The notes: generated from the sequence alone by a model not told the origin. Numbered from the stretch's first letter, positions 38,508-48,624 are shown. The stretch is DNA of 64,000 bases from Candidatus Methanosuratincola verstraetei (GCA_049570475.1 CP186953.1:832001-896000); one strand, 5' to 3'. Translations and numbers: made by a program.

Positions 38508-39203
38508 ATGTCGATTGGTCTCCATACCGAGGTTCTGTTCAACACTGCCCCTTTGCAGGAACTGGGCGTAGCTCTTGCAATGTTCGCTTACCTGATGTTC
38601 GTGGTCTACTCGACCAAGTGGGTCTATGGCATTCTCAGGTCAAGGAATGTGGAGCACAACATCTCTGTTTACTACAACAGGAAGATAATTCACATCTTCG
38701 GAGCAGGGGTCCTCACTTTGCTCTTCCCTGTCTTCTTCACCGGAATAGCGATACCGATGATCCTTGTGGCAATCATTGCGATAGTCATATACATCCCGCA
38801 CAGGAGAGGCAAGATCCTATACTGGTTCCAGATGAAGGAAAACGCCTACGAGGTCAACTTCACCATCGCCTGGGGCTTCGCAATAGGCTTCTCCTGGCTG
38901 ATCTTCGGGGACCCTGTATACGGCGTGATCACGGCGTCTTTCATGGCTTTCGGGGATGCGATCACCGGGGTCGTGAGAAATGCCCTTTTCAAGAGGCGCA
39001 CCAAGCACTGGCTAGGGAACGTGGCGATGCTTGCCGTCTGCATTCCGATCGGTTATTTTTATGCGGGAATAGCGGGGTTCATAGCGGCGGTTGTGGCTTC
39101 GGTAGTCGAGCATTTCGAATTCAACCCTATCGATGACAACGTCCTGATAACGATCGGCTCGCTGATTACGTTGATCATATTGAGAGAGTTCCTTGGGCTT
39201 TAG
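38508..39203 (+). CDS. Dolichol/phytol kinase-like (CTP-dependent) membrane protein
   Basis: RKIIH, FGDA..G, TKHW.G, DDN motifs; multi-pass. Confidence 0.8.
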   Translation: MSIGLHTEVLFNTAPLQELGVALAMFAYLMFVVYSTKWVYGILRSRNVEHNISVYYNRKIIHIFGAGVLTLLFPVFFTGIAIPMILVAIIAIVIYIPHRRGKILYWFQMKENAYEVNFTIAWGFAIGFSWLIFGDPVYGVITASFMAFGDAITGVVRNALFKRRTKHWLGNVAMLAVCIPIGYFYAGIAGFIAAVVASVVEHFEFNPIDDNVLITIGSLITLIILREFLGL

Positions 39204-39427
39204 GATTACAACGTAATTCTTGGACGGGTATCTGCGCCTCCGCGGTCCCTCCGCTTGTAGCGATCTTGGGAAAGAAGGCAGCTTCGATCGTTCTACTCAC
39301 ATTCTTCTTAGGCTCAATTCTGGTGGGTGCGGCTATCAACCTGCTTCTGCAAATGATCTAGCATGGGCAGGAAATGACCTAAAGTTTTATCTAAACGGGC
39401 AGGTTTATATTAAAAGGAGGAATTTTT

Positions 39428-39847
39428 GTGGCGAGCCAGAAACTTTTAGATATGCTGAACGAGGCTGCTTCCAGGGAGATACAGGTGTCGATCCAGTACA
39501 TTTGGCAGCACATAATGTGCCGTGGGATGTTCAGCGAGACCGTCTCTGAGATCTTGGAGAAGATCGCGATTGAGGAGATGAAGCACTATGAGGCGATCGC
39601 TGAGCGGATAGACTACTTGGGAGGTACCCCGACGACCAAGCCCTCTGAGATCAAGTATGGCAAGAACATAAAGGAAATGCTCGAGATCGATAAGAAGGAC
39701 GAGGAAAACGCGATCACGCTGTACCGAAAGATAATCGAGGCTGCCGAGGCGGAGAAGGACTTTGTGACAAAGAAGCTATTCGAGGACATCCTTAAGGCAG
39801 AGGAAGAGCACCACTACAAGTTCTCGACGCTCTTGGAAGCAGACTGA
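39428..39847 (+). CDS. Ferritin-like (bacterioferritin-type) di-iron protein
   Basis: E...IQY, EEMKH, ERI..LGG.P, EE.AI, EEEH. Confidence 0.9.
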   Translation: MASQKLLDMLNEAASREIQVSIQYIWQHIMCRGMFSETVSEILEKIAIEEMKHYEAIAERIDYLGGTPTTKPSEIKYGKNIKEMLEIDKKDEENAITLYRKIIEAAEAEKDFVTKKLFEDILKAEEEHHYKFSTLLEAD

Positions 39848-40050
39848 GCGATCTAAATTTTAAATATTTTTTTAAATTTTTATGCTTATAAAATCTAATT
39901 ATTTAAATAATCAATTAAAATTACTTTCTCCATTGCCCCCCATGATGCCTCCATCGGAGGGAAATCGGCTCTCATTGATGATCAATCAAGGGCCGATCAT
40001 CACCATAACTGTTTTTAATGGTAAATGCACCATGGAATACCAAGGAGTCG

Positions 40051-40209
40051 ATGGAGGAAAATTATTTGGCAAAATGTCCAAAATGTGGAACCGAGGTTGC
40101 AAAGCCCACCAAGACTTGGAAGCTCGCCCCTAAGGGTAAAAAGGCAATAACGATCGGCCTCTTCAAGTGCCCGAGCTGCGGCGCCTACTTCAGATCAGCA
40201 CAGAAGTAA
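40051..40209 (+). CDS. Cren7-like chromatin protein, zinc-ribbon form
   Basis: [19 protein letters not shown]...G.YFR matches the Cren7 core; two CxxC pairs; AGGAG SD upstream, T-tract downstream. Confidence 0.85.
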   Translation: MEENYLAKCPKCGTEVAKPTKTWKLAPKGKKAITIGLFKCPSCGAYFRSAQK

Positions 40210-40406
40210 ATACTCCACTTTTTTTATTTTTGACCCATAAATCTTGATTTTTAGCCTGTTGGCAGACAAAATTTGCCATTCCAGCCCCTTCTAGAGGGCT
40301 CCTTGAAACTTTGAAAAGTGCTTTCCTTGGAAAATTGCCCGTTTCTAATTTAGAATCGATCTAATAAAAGAAAGAGGGTATGTGAAATTGGGCTCGAAGT
40401 AAGCTG

Positions 40407-42587
40407 TCACTTGACACGTACCGATGCAACGTTGGAGTATGCAGAAACTATGTCCAACGATGTGTTGAACGCCTGCACCCTGTATTTGCAGGATCCCGGA
40501 GGCGCAGTCGTGTCCACGAAGGAAGTGATGTTGGGACCCACCGCTGCTATTCGCACATACGCGGTGTACTTGTTCTTGTACCACACGGCACGTTCAATGT
40601 AAAAGCCTTCCTCGTTGTTCGAGTTGTCGGTCCATGTCAGCGTAGCATACCCTACGCTTCCGGTTGCCTTCAGATTCGTCGGTGGGCTCAATGAGACAGT
40701 GCTTTGGATTTCGACCGTCACCGTCACGCTGGTCGTGTCTGAAGCGCCCTTGTCGTCCTTCACTGTGAGTTTCGCAGTGTAGGTCCCCTTCTCCGTGTAC
40801 GTGTGCGCAACCGTGGCCCCCGTCCCTGTGTTGCCGTCGCCAAAGTCCCAGGAATAAGATACGATCTTCCCGTCTGGATCTGTCGATCCGCTCCCGTCAA
40901 AGCTTACCGCCAGAGGAGCATAACCGCTGGTCGGGTTGGCGATCACGTGTGCTGTCGGCGCAACGTTTTCTGTCTTTGGCATGTCGTCGATCCAGATGTA
41001 AATCTTGCCGGCATCAACACTCACAGGTAAGTTCGAGCATGCGCCGACCAGACTATCGCCCGTAGTGTCAACTTTGTAGAGACGGTATGACTCAACGGTT
41101 GCCGGATTTCCCGAAACCCTGTCGTTCACTTCCAAGAACCAACGGCTGCTGTTAGAGGCGTAGTTGACGAGATCAGTGAAGTCGAAGACGAACGTCGCAT
41201 TGCATATCGAAGTGGTCCCATCGAAAGCGTAGTTGCCCCCTGAATAGTACAGGGCTTCAGGCGTCCATTTCCAGTAGGGCGTGATATTAGTCGTGTTTCC
41301 AATCCCCAGCGTGATCGCAAGCTCCCCCCTCTTGAGGTGGCTGAGCGTAAACTCTGCGACCACCTTGGGCTCGTAGGATGCGCGGGCTGTGAGCGTGTAC
41401 GCTCCAGTCATCAATATCCCAGTTGCGGATCTGTCCGTTGGGGGCCATGTGCTGCTGGCACTAACCAAAGAGGACTGGTACAACGCGTCGTACGATACCC
41501 ACCTGAACCCGCCGTTCCAGTCGCTCGTCCCCCACGAATTGGCTATCTTAAAAGCTCCTTTCTCGCCCGGATCCACAACCTTGTTCCCATTGAGGTCGCA
41601 CCAGATATTGTCGTTGTATCCAACGATGGTCATCGCGTGCCCCCCGAGCTTAGTGTTCTTCATGTAGGTGGCTATCTTCTGTCCAACGAAGGCATCGTCC
41701 TCATATGTCAAGTTGTCATCAGCCACATACGACATGACCCAAGAATAAACGTAGGTGCCGAAGACTAGGATGTGCCCGTTTGCGAGCTGTGCCTTCAGAT
41801 CCAATATCATCTGGGTGGTGTTGGAATTGTATATCTGCCCCCAGGAGAGCGGTCGGTAGTTGATCGCATTGCGCCAAACCGACTGGTTTAAGCACCATTC
41901 GAGGTAGTTCTTATCGTAGGGGAATTCCGACCATGAGGCTGCACCGTGCTTCAACAGGAGGGCATACGCGTCCGAGAAGTATGCTCCAGCATCGACCCCG
42001 TTGTTGATCATGTTATACGTCCATTTCGGAGAGAAGATCATGTTGTTGTCGCCGTTGCTGGCAGTACGCCCGCGCGCCAGATTGGTCTCATACGTGAACT
42101 GGTAATATGTCGTCGCCCATGCCACGCACGACCCTATGCTTCCTTGGCTCCTGATGGGAGGGAAAGCGCTCAACAGACTGTTGTCAACACTGGACGGGAG
42201 GACGCTGTACTGATCCAGCGATAGTTCGCTCTCGGGGTATGCTGAAACTGCCTTGTACGCATAAGCCGATTCCCATCCGAGGGGCACCACACCCAGGTCC
42301 GTGCCAGACAGCCTTTGAAGGCCACGCGCCTCGCGCTCAGCATTGATGCGCTCTAGAGCCAGCGAGTTCAGGCGTACCCTCTCTATTACCGGAAAGTTTT
42401 CCTTCATCCAATTCTCTTGCGCAGCAGTCGGCTCCTTGAGACCCGTGGCTAATGTCTCTTCGTTGTTTTTATCGGGCAATGGGGCATTCCTTCCCATGAT
42501 GGCAGGCGTAGCGCTACAAACAAAAATGATGGCTAGTATGCACACCGAAAGTATTTTGCATTTTATCAATCCAGTACCCCCTTCCAT
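40407..42587 (-). CDS. Secreted C1 (papain-family) cysteine peptidase with PKD and FN3 domains
   Basis: Signal peptide, QGSIGSC, GHAMTIVGY, NSWG; PKD WDFGDG; FN3 LTWTDNSNNE. Confidence 0.92.
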   Translation of the reverse strand: MEGGTGLIKCKILSVCILAIIFVCSATPAIMGRNAPLPDKNNEETLATGLKEPTAAQENWMKENFPVIERVRLNSLALERINAEREARGLQRLSGTDLGVVPLGWESAYAYKAVSAYPESELSLDQYSVLPSSVDNSLLSAFPPIRSQGSIGSCVAWATTYYQFTYETNLARGRTASNGDNNMIFSPKWTYNMINNGVDAGAYFSDAYALLLKHGAASWSEFPYDKNYLEWCLNQSVWRNAINYRPLSWGQIYNSNTTQMILDLKAQLANGHILVFGTYVYSWVMSYVADDNLTYEDDAFVGQKIATYMKNTKLGGHAMTIVGYNDNIWCDLNGNKVVDPGEKGAFKIANSWGTSDWNGGFRWVSYDALYQSSLVSASSTWPPTDRSATGILMTGAYTLTARASYEPKVVAEFTLSHLKRGELAITLGIGNTTNITPYWKWTPEALYYSGGNYAFDGTTSICNATFVFDFTDLVNYASNSSRWFLEVNDRVSGNPATVESYRLYKVDTTGDSLVGACSNLPVSVDAGKIYIWIDDMPKTENVAPTAHVIANPTSGYAPLAVSFDGSGSTDPDGKIVSYSWDFGDGNTGTGATVAHTYTEKGTYTAKLTVKDDKGASDTTSVTVTVEIQSTVSLSPPTNLKATGSVGYATLTWTDNSNNEEGFYIERAVWYKNKYTAYVRIAAVGPNITSFVDTTAPPGSCKYRVQAFNTSLDIVSAYSNVASVRVK

Positions 42588-42936
42588 AAATACTGTATTT
42601 TTGTTCTACAATTAAACAATGTTTTATAAAAGAGTTTCTGTTTCACAAAAACTTGATACGAAATTTTTTCTATTTTTTAAGTAAAATATTTTCAATATTT
42701 AAGACAATTTTGGCATACTTATTCATCAACTGATCTTGTGCCATCGATCGTTTCTTCCAGGGAGTTTCAGAAAGAAAAAACACAAGCGCAGGAAAAATGG
42801 ATTTCCATGGCTTAAAACAGGCTTTTCCTCCTCCTAGACGTTAGGTAGGGACTCTGAGCGGGTGTATTTCTTTATTTTCCTTGGTCCTCAAAACTCGCCC
42901 CTCTTCCTAAGGTTGGTTTATAATGCCAAAAATGCC

Positions 42937-43722
42937 TCAATACTCCTTGTAGTCTTTAAGAATCGGGATTTTTTCCCTAGCCGCCATGACCCTTTCCCTT
43001 CTCAAGCACCCGATAATGATCCCCTCCTCAGACCCTGCCCTTCTCACGACCCTCCCCCAAGGATCTATTATGCAGCTGTGCCCGTAGTACCTGAACCTGT
43101 TCTCTTCTGCACCAGCTTGGTTCGCGGCAATGATGTATGCCTGGTTCTCTATCGCCCTCGCCCTCAAGAGCGGCATCCAGTGGGCCCTGCCTGTCTCCTC
43201 TAGGAACGCCGCCGCGTTGACTATGACCTCCGCGCCCAGCAGAGCCTCAGCCCTGAACAGCTCCGGGAACCTCAGATCGTAGCAGATCGTTATCCCGACC
43301 TTAGCCCCTAGAAGATCAAGGACGGCAGGGGAATCACCGGCTGCAAAGACTTGACTTTCGTTTATCTTGCCGTAGTTGAAGAGGTGGTTCTTCCTGTACT
43401 TCCCTACCGCCTCCCCCTCGGCCAATACGAAGGCGGTGTTGTAAAGCCTCTCCCCTTCTCTCTCGATTATGCTCCCCGCCACTATAGCCATTCCTTCCTC
43501 CTTGGAGATCTCCTTCAGCCTCCTGATTGTCTCCCCTTCTTCCCCCTCTGCATTAGGGAGGCACCAGTCCTTCTCCATCCTCCGCGGAAGGAAATTGAAG
43601 AGCTCCGGGAGCACCGCGAGTTCCGCTCCCCTAACCGCCGCCTCCCTGACCATCCGGGCTGCCTTCTCCAAGTTCGCTCTCTTGTCCTCCCCGCTTGCCA
43701 TCTGGAGCACCGCAACTTTCAA
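42937..43722 (-). CDS. Carbon-nitrogen hydrolase (Nit1/omega-amidase-like)
   Basis: LPE, YRK.HLF, ICYDLRFPE, RARAIENQ. Confidence 0.93.
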   Translation of the reverse strand: MKVAVLQMASGEDKRANLEKAARMVREAAVRGAELAVLPELFNFLPRRMEKDWCLPNAEGEEGETIRRLKEISKEEGMAIVAGSIIEREGERLYNTAFVLAEGEAVGKYRKNHLFNYGKINESQVFAAGDSPAVLDLLGAKVGITICYDLRFPELFRAEALLGAEVIVNAAAFLEETGRAHWMPLLRARAIENQAYIIAANQAGAEENRFRYYGHSCIIDPWGRVVRRAGSEEGIIIGCLRRERVMAAREKIPILKDYKEY

Positions 43723-43850
43723 GCGATCTGCCCCCTCCCACCATTGCTAATGCGACGCACACACTTGAGCATTGCTCCCGGGAAAGGGTAAGAAATTCTT
43801 ATATACTTGAAATGTTTTATTGCCATGCTCTAAACCGGAGGTGTAAGGTA

Positions 43851-43994
43851 ATGCCGCAATGTTCGCTGTTTGAAGTCTATAAGACCCCGTCTGGTAGCGT
43901 TTATTATATCTGCCACCGCCCGCCGTTCGGCGAGGAAGGCACGATGCTTCCAAACGGAGAACTCCAGTGTCAGAAGTGTGACAAGAGGAAGTAA
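43851..43994 (+). CDS. Small Cys/His-rich hypothetical protein (47 aa)
   Basis: GGAGGTG SD upstream of ATG 43851; C..CH..CQKC. Confidence 0.55.
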   Translation: MPQCSLFEVYKTPSGSVYYICHRPPFGEEGTMLPNGELQCQKCDKRK

Positions 43995-44019
43995 CCGCTC
44001 AGACTTTCCTATTTCTTGG

Positions 44020-44298
44020 CTATTTTTTTGAGGCCAAGTTAAACGGTTTGCCCCTTTCTGCAATTTCCGCTGGGATTTTTTCTTTCCATCGCTCCAGAAA
44101 CTCCAAATCCTCCTCGGGGTTTCTCATGTCGTCCGGAAGCATATGCGGTATGTCATCAATTATTGGATACCATCTGTTGCAGTTTTTGCATATCAACACC
44201 CCTTCGTTTATCTCATCCGATTCCCTGATGACTTGTAAATCGAGCGGGTGGTGCTTACAGATTGGGCATGCGAGTATGTCCAAAAGTCTCCTCTTCAT
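44020..44298 (-). CDS. trm112: Trm112 methyltransferase activator
   Basis: [32 protein letters not shown]; ATG at 44298. Confidence 0.92.
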   Translation of the reverse strand: MKRRLLDILACPICKHHPLDLQVIRESDEINEGVLICKNCNRWYPIIDDIPHMLPDDMRNPEEDLEFLERWKEKIPAEIAERGKPFNLASKK

Positions 44299-44493
44299 CC
44301 ATAATCCCTGATTAGATTTACCAGGTAACATTAATAACATTATCCGGGATGCGACATGCAGCTTTTGCCTACCCGCCCGACCATTTTTCCATGCCGGTCC
44401 AATGCCAAGATTCCAAGCATTTTTTATATTCAACCTCTTTTCAAATTAAGGTTGATTAAATTGAGAGAATTCGATCCTCAGTTTCTTGGTAGA

Positions 44494-46620
44494 ATGGAGA
44501 AGCTGGAGTTGATATTGAATTCTGTGAATGCGATAATCTGCGAGTTGGACCTCCAGGCAAGGATAACTTGGATCAACAGGTTTGGCCTCGAGTTCTTCGG
44601 GTACCGTGAGGATGAAATCCTGGGCAGGAGCGTATACGAGACAATAGTCCCAAAAAAAGAATCTACCGGTAGGGATCTTTCTAGCCTCTTCCGTGAAGTA
44701 ATTGAGAACGGCTCGGAGCTCGTGCCAAAAATCAACGAAAATTTGAAGAAGGATGGCAGTAGGGTTTGGGTCTACTGGTCAAACAAGGTCCTCAGGGACC
44801 ATGAAGGCAGGCCATTGTCCGTCATATCTTCCGGTATAGACATAACCGAAAAAGTGAATCTCAGAAGAAAGCTGGATAAAGAGTACCGAAGGAGCAGTTC
44901 GCTCATTCGGATACTGGGGCTGTTGATGGACTCGAGCGCCTCGTTGGAGGGGATCGCCGATGCCGTCCTACAGGAAGCTAAAGCGCTGACTAGCAGTCGG
45001 CACGGAATTGTAGCAACTTTAGACGAGCAATATGTGCGGCTGTCCGCCCACGCATTGAAGGGGGCTCATGAGTGCAAGGCAAGGTCTTCTAGCGGGCTTC
45101 TTCCTGACAATGGAGGGAAATACCCGACTCTTCTCGGTCACGCCATCAACACGGGGGAAGCCTTCTTCACCAATTCCCCAAGGGACCACCCGTCGTACAA
45201 GGGCTTTCCAGAGGGGCATCTTGACGTCGAGCGCTTGCTGGTAGTTCCAGTATTTGCTGGGTCGAATAACGCCCGAATAGCCGCTCTTATAGCCCTAGCA
45301 AACCCGGAAAGGGATTACATCGATGATGACATTGAAAATGTTGGCTTTCTTGCAAAATATCTCGGGATTGAGCTGAGCAGAAGGTCATTAGAACGAAGAT
45401 TGATCGAAAGCGAGGGGTTCTACAAAACCCTCTTCGAAAACAACCCTGTTCCAATGTTCCAAGTGGACAAGGAAGGGATGATCACAAAGGTGAACAAAAG
45501 TTTCGAGGCACTTTTTGGCTACTCCAAAGACGAAGTTGAAGGAAAGGTTTTATGGAAAGCGTTATTCCATCCCGACGAGCTTCCTAGGCTGGACTTCTTC
45601 TGGCAACAGCTCCTCTTTGGCGCGCCTGCACCACAAATATATGAGACAAAGGGAGTAACCAAGAGCGGGAGCCTTCTGGAAGTATCCGTCAGCGTATTCA
45701 AAGGAGAAGAGGTTTTCTCTATTTCAGTTATCGACCTGACGGAGATCAGATCTCTGATCAGGGACCTTGAGAAGAAAAACGCGGAACTAAGAAGCTATTC
45801 GGAGAACTTGGAGAAGATGGTCGAAAAGAAGACCTTTGAAGTGTTGGATAAAGAGAGACTTGCCGCAATTGGCGAAACTGCCCTGATGATAGGACACGAC
45901 CTGCGGAACCCGCTTCAAGCCCTCTTGAACTCGACATACATAATGGAGGTGTCATTGAACGGAATCCCCGCCGAAAAGCGATCCGATCTTGAAAAGGTAA
46001 TTGAGACTTTGCGCCGCAATATCTACTACATGAACAAAATAGTCTCTGATCTGCAGGACTTCAGCAAACCCTTCAGGGTAGAGAAGTCGCTTGTCAAGTT
46101 GAGCGAACCTGTAAACCTTGCCTTAAAAGACATTACCATCCCAGAAAACATCAAGCTGGAGATGGATGTTGGGCAGGAAGAGATCCTCTTGGATCTATGG
46201 CTCATTTCTAGGGCGCTTAGGAACTTGATCAACAACGGCATCCAGGCGATGACCTCTGGCGGCAAGATCAAGATAAGTGGGGCGGTCGAGCTGGCTATAC
46301 AGTTGGGAGCGGATGGGGGGTCAAGCAGCGTTTCCAAAGGGCTCCAAAACGTAGAGCCTGGGAGCATTGCAACCTCGCCCGCGCATGAAAGAGTCGTGGC
46401 TGTGTATTCTGTTTACGATCAGGGCGAGGGGATCCCAAAGGAAATCCGGAACAACCTTTTCAAACCATTCAGGACCACCAAGGCAAAAGGCACAGGCCTG
46501 GGTCTTGCCATAGTTAAGCGAATAGTGGATGCGCTCGGAGGGACGATATCAGTCGAATCTGAATATGGAAAGGGTACAACTTTCACGCTGAAGATCCCTG
46601 CAGAAAGACTTAAAATTTGA
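44494..46620 (+). CDS. Soluble PAS-GAF-PAS sensor histidine kinase
   Basis: PAS/PAC, GAF (GFPEGH), H-box HDLRNPL, N-box NLINNG, DQGEGI, KGTGLGL; no TM segment. Confidence 0.92.
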   Translation: MEKLELILNSVNAIICELDLQARITWINRFGLEFFGYREDEILGRSVYETIVPKKESTGRDLSSLFREVIENGSELVPKINENLKKDGSRVWVYWSNKVLRDHEGRPLSVISSGIDITEKVNLRRKLDKEYRRSSSLIRILGLLMDSSASLEGIADAVLQEAKALTSSRHGIVATLDEQYVRLSAHALKGAHECKARSSSGLLPDNGGKYPTLLGHAINTGEAFFTNSPRDHPSYKGFPEGHLDVERLLVVPVFAGSNNARIAALIALANPERDYIDDDIENVGFLAKYLGIELSRRSLERRLIESEGFYKTLFENNPVPMFQVDKEGMITKVNKSFEALFGYSKDEVEGKVLWKALFHPDELPRLDFFWQQLLFGAPAPQIYETKGVTKSGSLLEVSVSVFKGEEVFSISVIDLTEIRSLIRDLEKKNAELRSYSENLEKMVEKKTFEVLDKERLAAIGETALMIGHDLRNPLQALLNSTYIMEVSLNGIPAEKRSDLEKVIETLRRNIYYMNKIVSDLQDFSKPFRVEKSLVKLSEPVNLALKDITIPENIKLEMDVGQEEILLDLWLISRALRNLINNGIQAMTSGGKIKISGAVELAIQLGADGGSSSVSKGLQNVEPGSIATSPAHERVVAVYSVYDQGEGIPKEIRNNLFKPFRTTKAKGTGLGLAIVKRIVDALGGTISVESEYGKGTTFTLKIPAERLKI

Positions 46621-47261
46621 ATGCCAACTCCTTTTTTGCCAAAATCAAGACTGTGGGCTTTTTTCAGCGTAGCTGACGGCGTCAATTGAAGCCAAAATCC
46701 GCAGGCTTGGACAATATTTCATGTTAGGCTATTGAACCTTTGGTTAGCGCCGTTGCATATTCTGCGGTCTTTCCTAACTGATGCTCACAGGTAAGGCTGG
46801 GACTGCCTGTTTATTTGTCGACTAATTGCCTACCCAGTTTGAAATGTTTTGAATGGCTGTTTTCAACGCCAAAAGTTAGGGAAAACAGGGCTGCAGACTT
46901 TGACAGCGGATCATTTTAACCTCCAAAATCCTCTATTTTCATAAAGACGGGAACCCCGAAAAACTAGAGCTTTTTGGCTTTTGGATTAGTGTGAAGCTTA
47001 GCCTACTCCATGGAGTCCTAGACTCGTAGGTGGCTCACAGATGTACTTTCGCGGCTAGACTTGAAATCATGCGTTATCTATGAATCTGAAATGCTCAGCC
47101 TTTCAATAAGGGAATGCCCAAGTCATAGAATGCTCAGGAAAATAGATGCTCTTTGTCGAGCCTTCAGCTAATGTGCAAGATCGGGCTCGGCGTTGATCGG
47201 TCGCCGAGGTCCTTCGTGCTACGGCTTGGACGGCGACGGTCATCGCCTCTTGATGTCGCGG

Positions 47262-47270
47262 TTATATATA
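47262..47270 (+). promoter_or_regulatory. TATA box of the archaellin gene
   Basis: TTATATATA about 35-40 bp upstream of the ATG in otherwise GC-rich DNA. Confidence 0.6.
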
Positions 47271-47303
47271 TTTAATTTCTGATGCTCTGCCAAGGTGCAG
47301 AAA

Positions 47304-47972
47304 ATGGCAAGGAATATAAGAATGAACCGAAAGGGTTTGACGGGCATCGAGACCGCAATTATCGTCATTGCCTTCGTAATAGCAGCCTCGGTCTTCGCGT
47401 TCGCGGTCCTGAACATGGGTCTCCTGACAACTGCAAAGGCGCAGGACGCAATAGTTTCGGGCGTGGGTCAGGCCCAGTCCTCGCTGAAGATCACGAGCGT
47501 CTACGCCTACAGCGATAACGAGGGCTCTGATGCGAAGTGTAAGGGAGTGGCGATATTGGTGCAGCCGTCGGGCACTGCCAACGTTGACTTCACGCCGACC
47601 AAGGTCGCGATCTCGTACAAGAACGCAAACGTGGCCTACCCGGACGTCTACGAGGGCAATGGAAATGAACTATTCATAACCAAGTCCGCCTTCATGGCTT
47701 CGAACGGCAGCTACAAGGGCGACCTGTACAACCTGCTGGACATCGACCACACCTGCGTGGTTGTCGAGATCCAGGGCGACGGCGACATGCTGCTGGAGCA
47801 GGGCGAAGTCTTCGCGATCTACATCAACCTTGATAAGGTCGGGAATACCGCACTTCTCAATGTGTACGACCACTTCACCACCGAGGTCATACCGGGCCAG
47901 GGCTCGAAGCTGACCTTCACCGGGACGATGCCTGCGAGCATACTCAAGGTGATGATACTCTCAGGGTCCTGA
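47304..47972 (+). CDS. arlB: Archaellin
   Basis: Class III signal peptide RKG|LTGIETAIIVIAFVIAASVFA; D..LE.GE; followed by a pyrimidine/T tract. Confidence 0.95.
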   Translation: MARNIRMNRKGLTGIETAIIVIAFVIAASVFAFAVLNMGLLTTAKAQDAIVSGVGQAQSSLKITSVYAYSDNEGSDAKCKGVAILVQPSGTANVDFTPTKVAISYKNANVAYPDVYEGNGNELFITKSAFMASNGSYKGDLYNLLDIDHTCVVVEIQGDGDMLLEQGEVFAIYINLDKVGNTALLNVYDHFTTEVIPGQGSKLTFTGTMPASILKVMILSGS

Positions 47973-47987
47973 GAGGATCCGCCAAAC

Positions 47988-48008
47988 CTCCTTTTTCCCC
48001 TTTTTCTC
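47988..48008 (+). terminator. Oligo-T/pyrimidine terminator after the archaellin gene
   Basis: CTCCTTTTTCCCCTTTTTCTC directly after the stop. Confidence 0.55.
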
Positions 48009-48624
48009 ATAATACTTTTTCACAATGAGCTGAAGTATCTTTTGACCTGCAAGATCTAGCCCCAGCCTTCATGTTTGTACCTCCTCTTCCACCAAGGATA
48101 TGGGTCGCTGCATCCCTTTGCATTTGTCATTGAAGAAGGGCTCGTCGGGACTCCTCTTTTCTTTCTTTCAGATCGATAAATGCAGCCATGCCCATGCGCC
48201 CAGTTGCCTATGGCTTTTGAGGCACCTAACATACATCGCCTCGCCATCCTCCCGTCGCTCTCGAGCCGATTAGGCTGCAATTTTTCACGAGCTTGCATAG
48301 TCCATTCCCCCGGGGCGCATGACCCGTCTGATCATCAGCTGAGAAAAGCCCGCTTTCCAACGGCATCATGGATAAGGAAAAATTTAGCCTGTCAAGCGTT
48401 CATTCGCAAACATCTTTCATGGAACTTTTTCCCCTCTTTCTTTGGCTTCTTTCCTGTTAGCAGCAAAACTTCCCGTTTTCTTTAACCATGCTTTCGTTTC
48501 CCGGTGCCAGCTTCCATGCTCCGAAGCGTTTACTGGTCGCCTAAAGTGATTCCTTTTAAAGACACCCTTGGTCTATCAATTGTCGATAAGTCCAGTGTGG
48601 TGGACTGCCCCCGGGGGTCTTTGA

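Noticed and set aside
48056-48485. ORFs in the arlB-arlCDE spacer
   Set aside because: Atypical composition, no motifs, mutually overlapping on opposite strands
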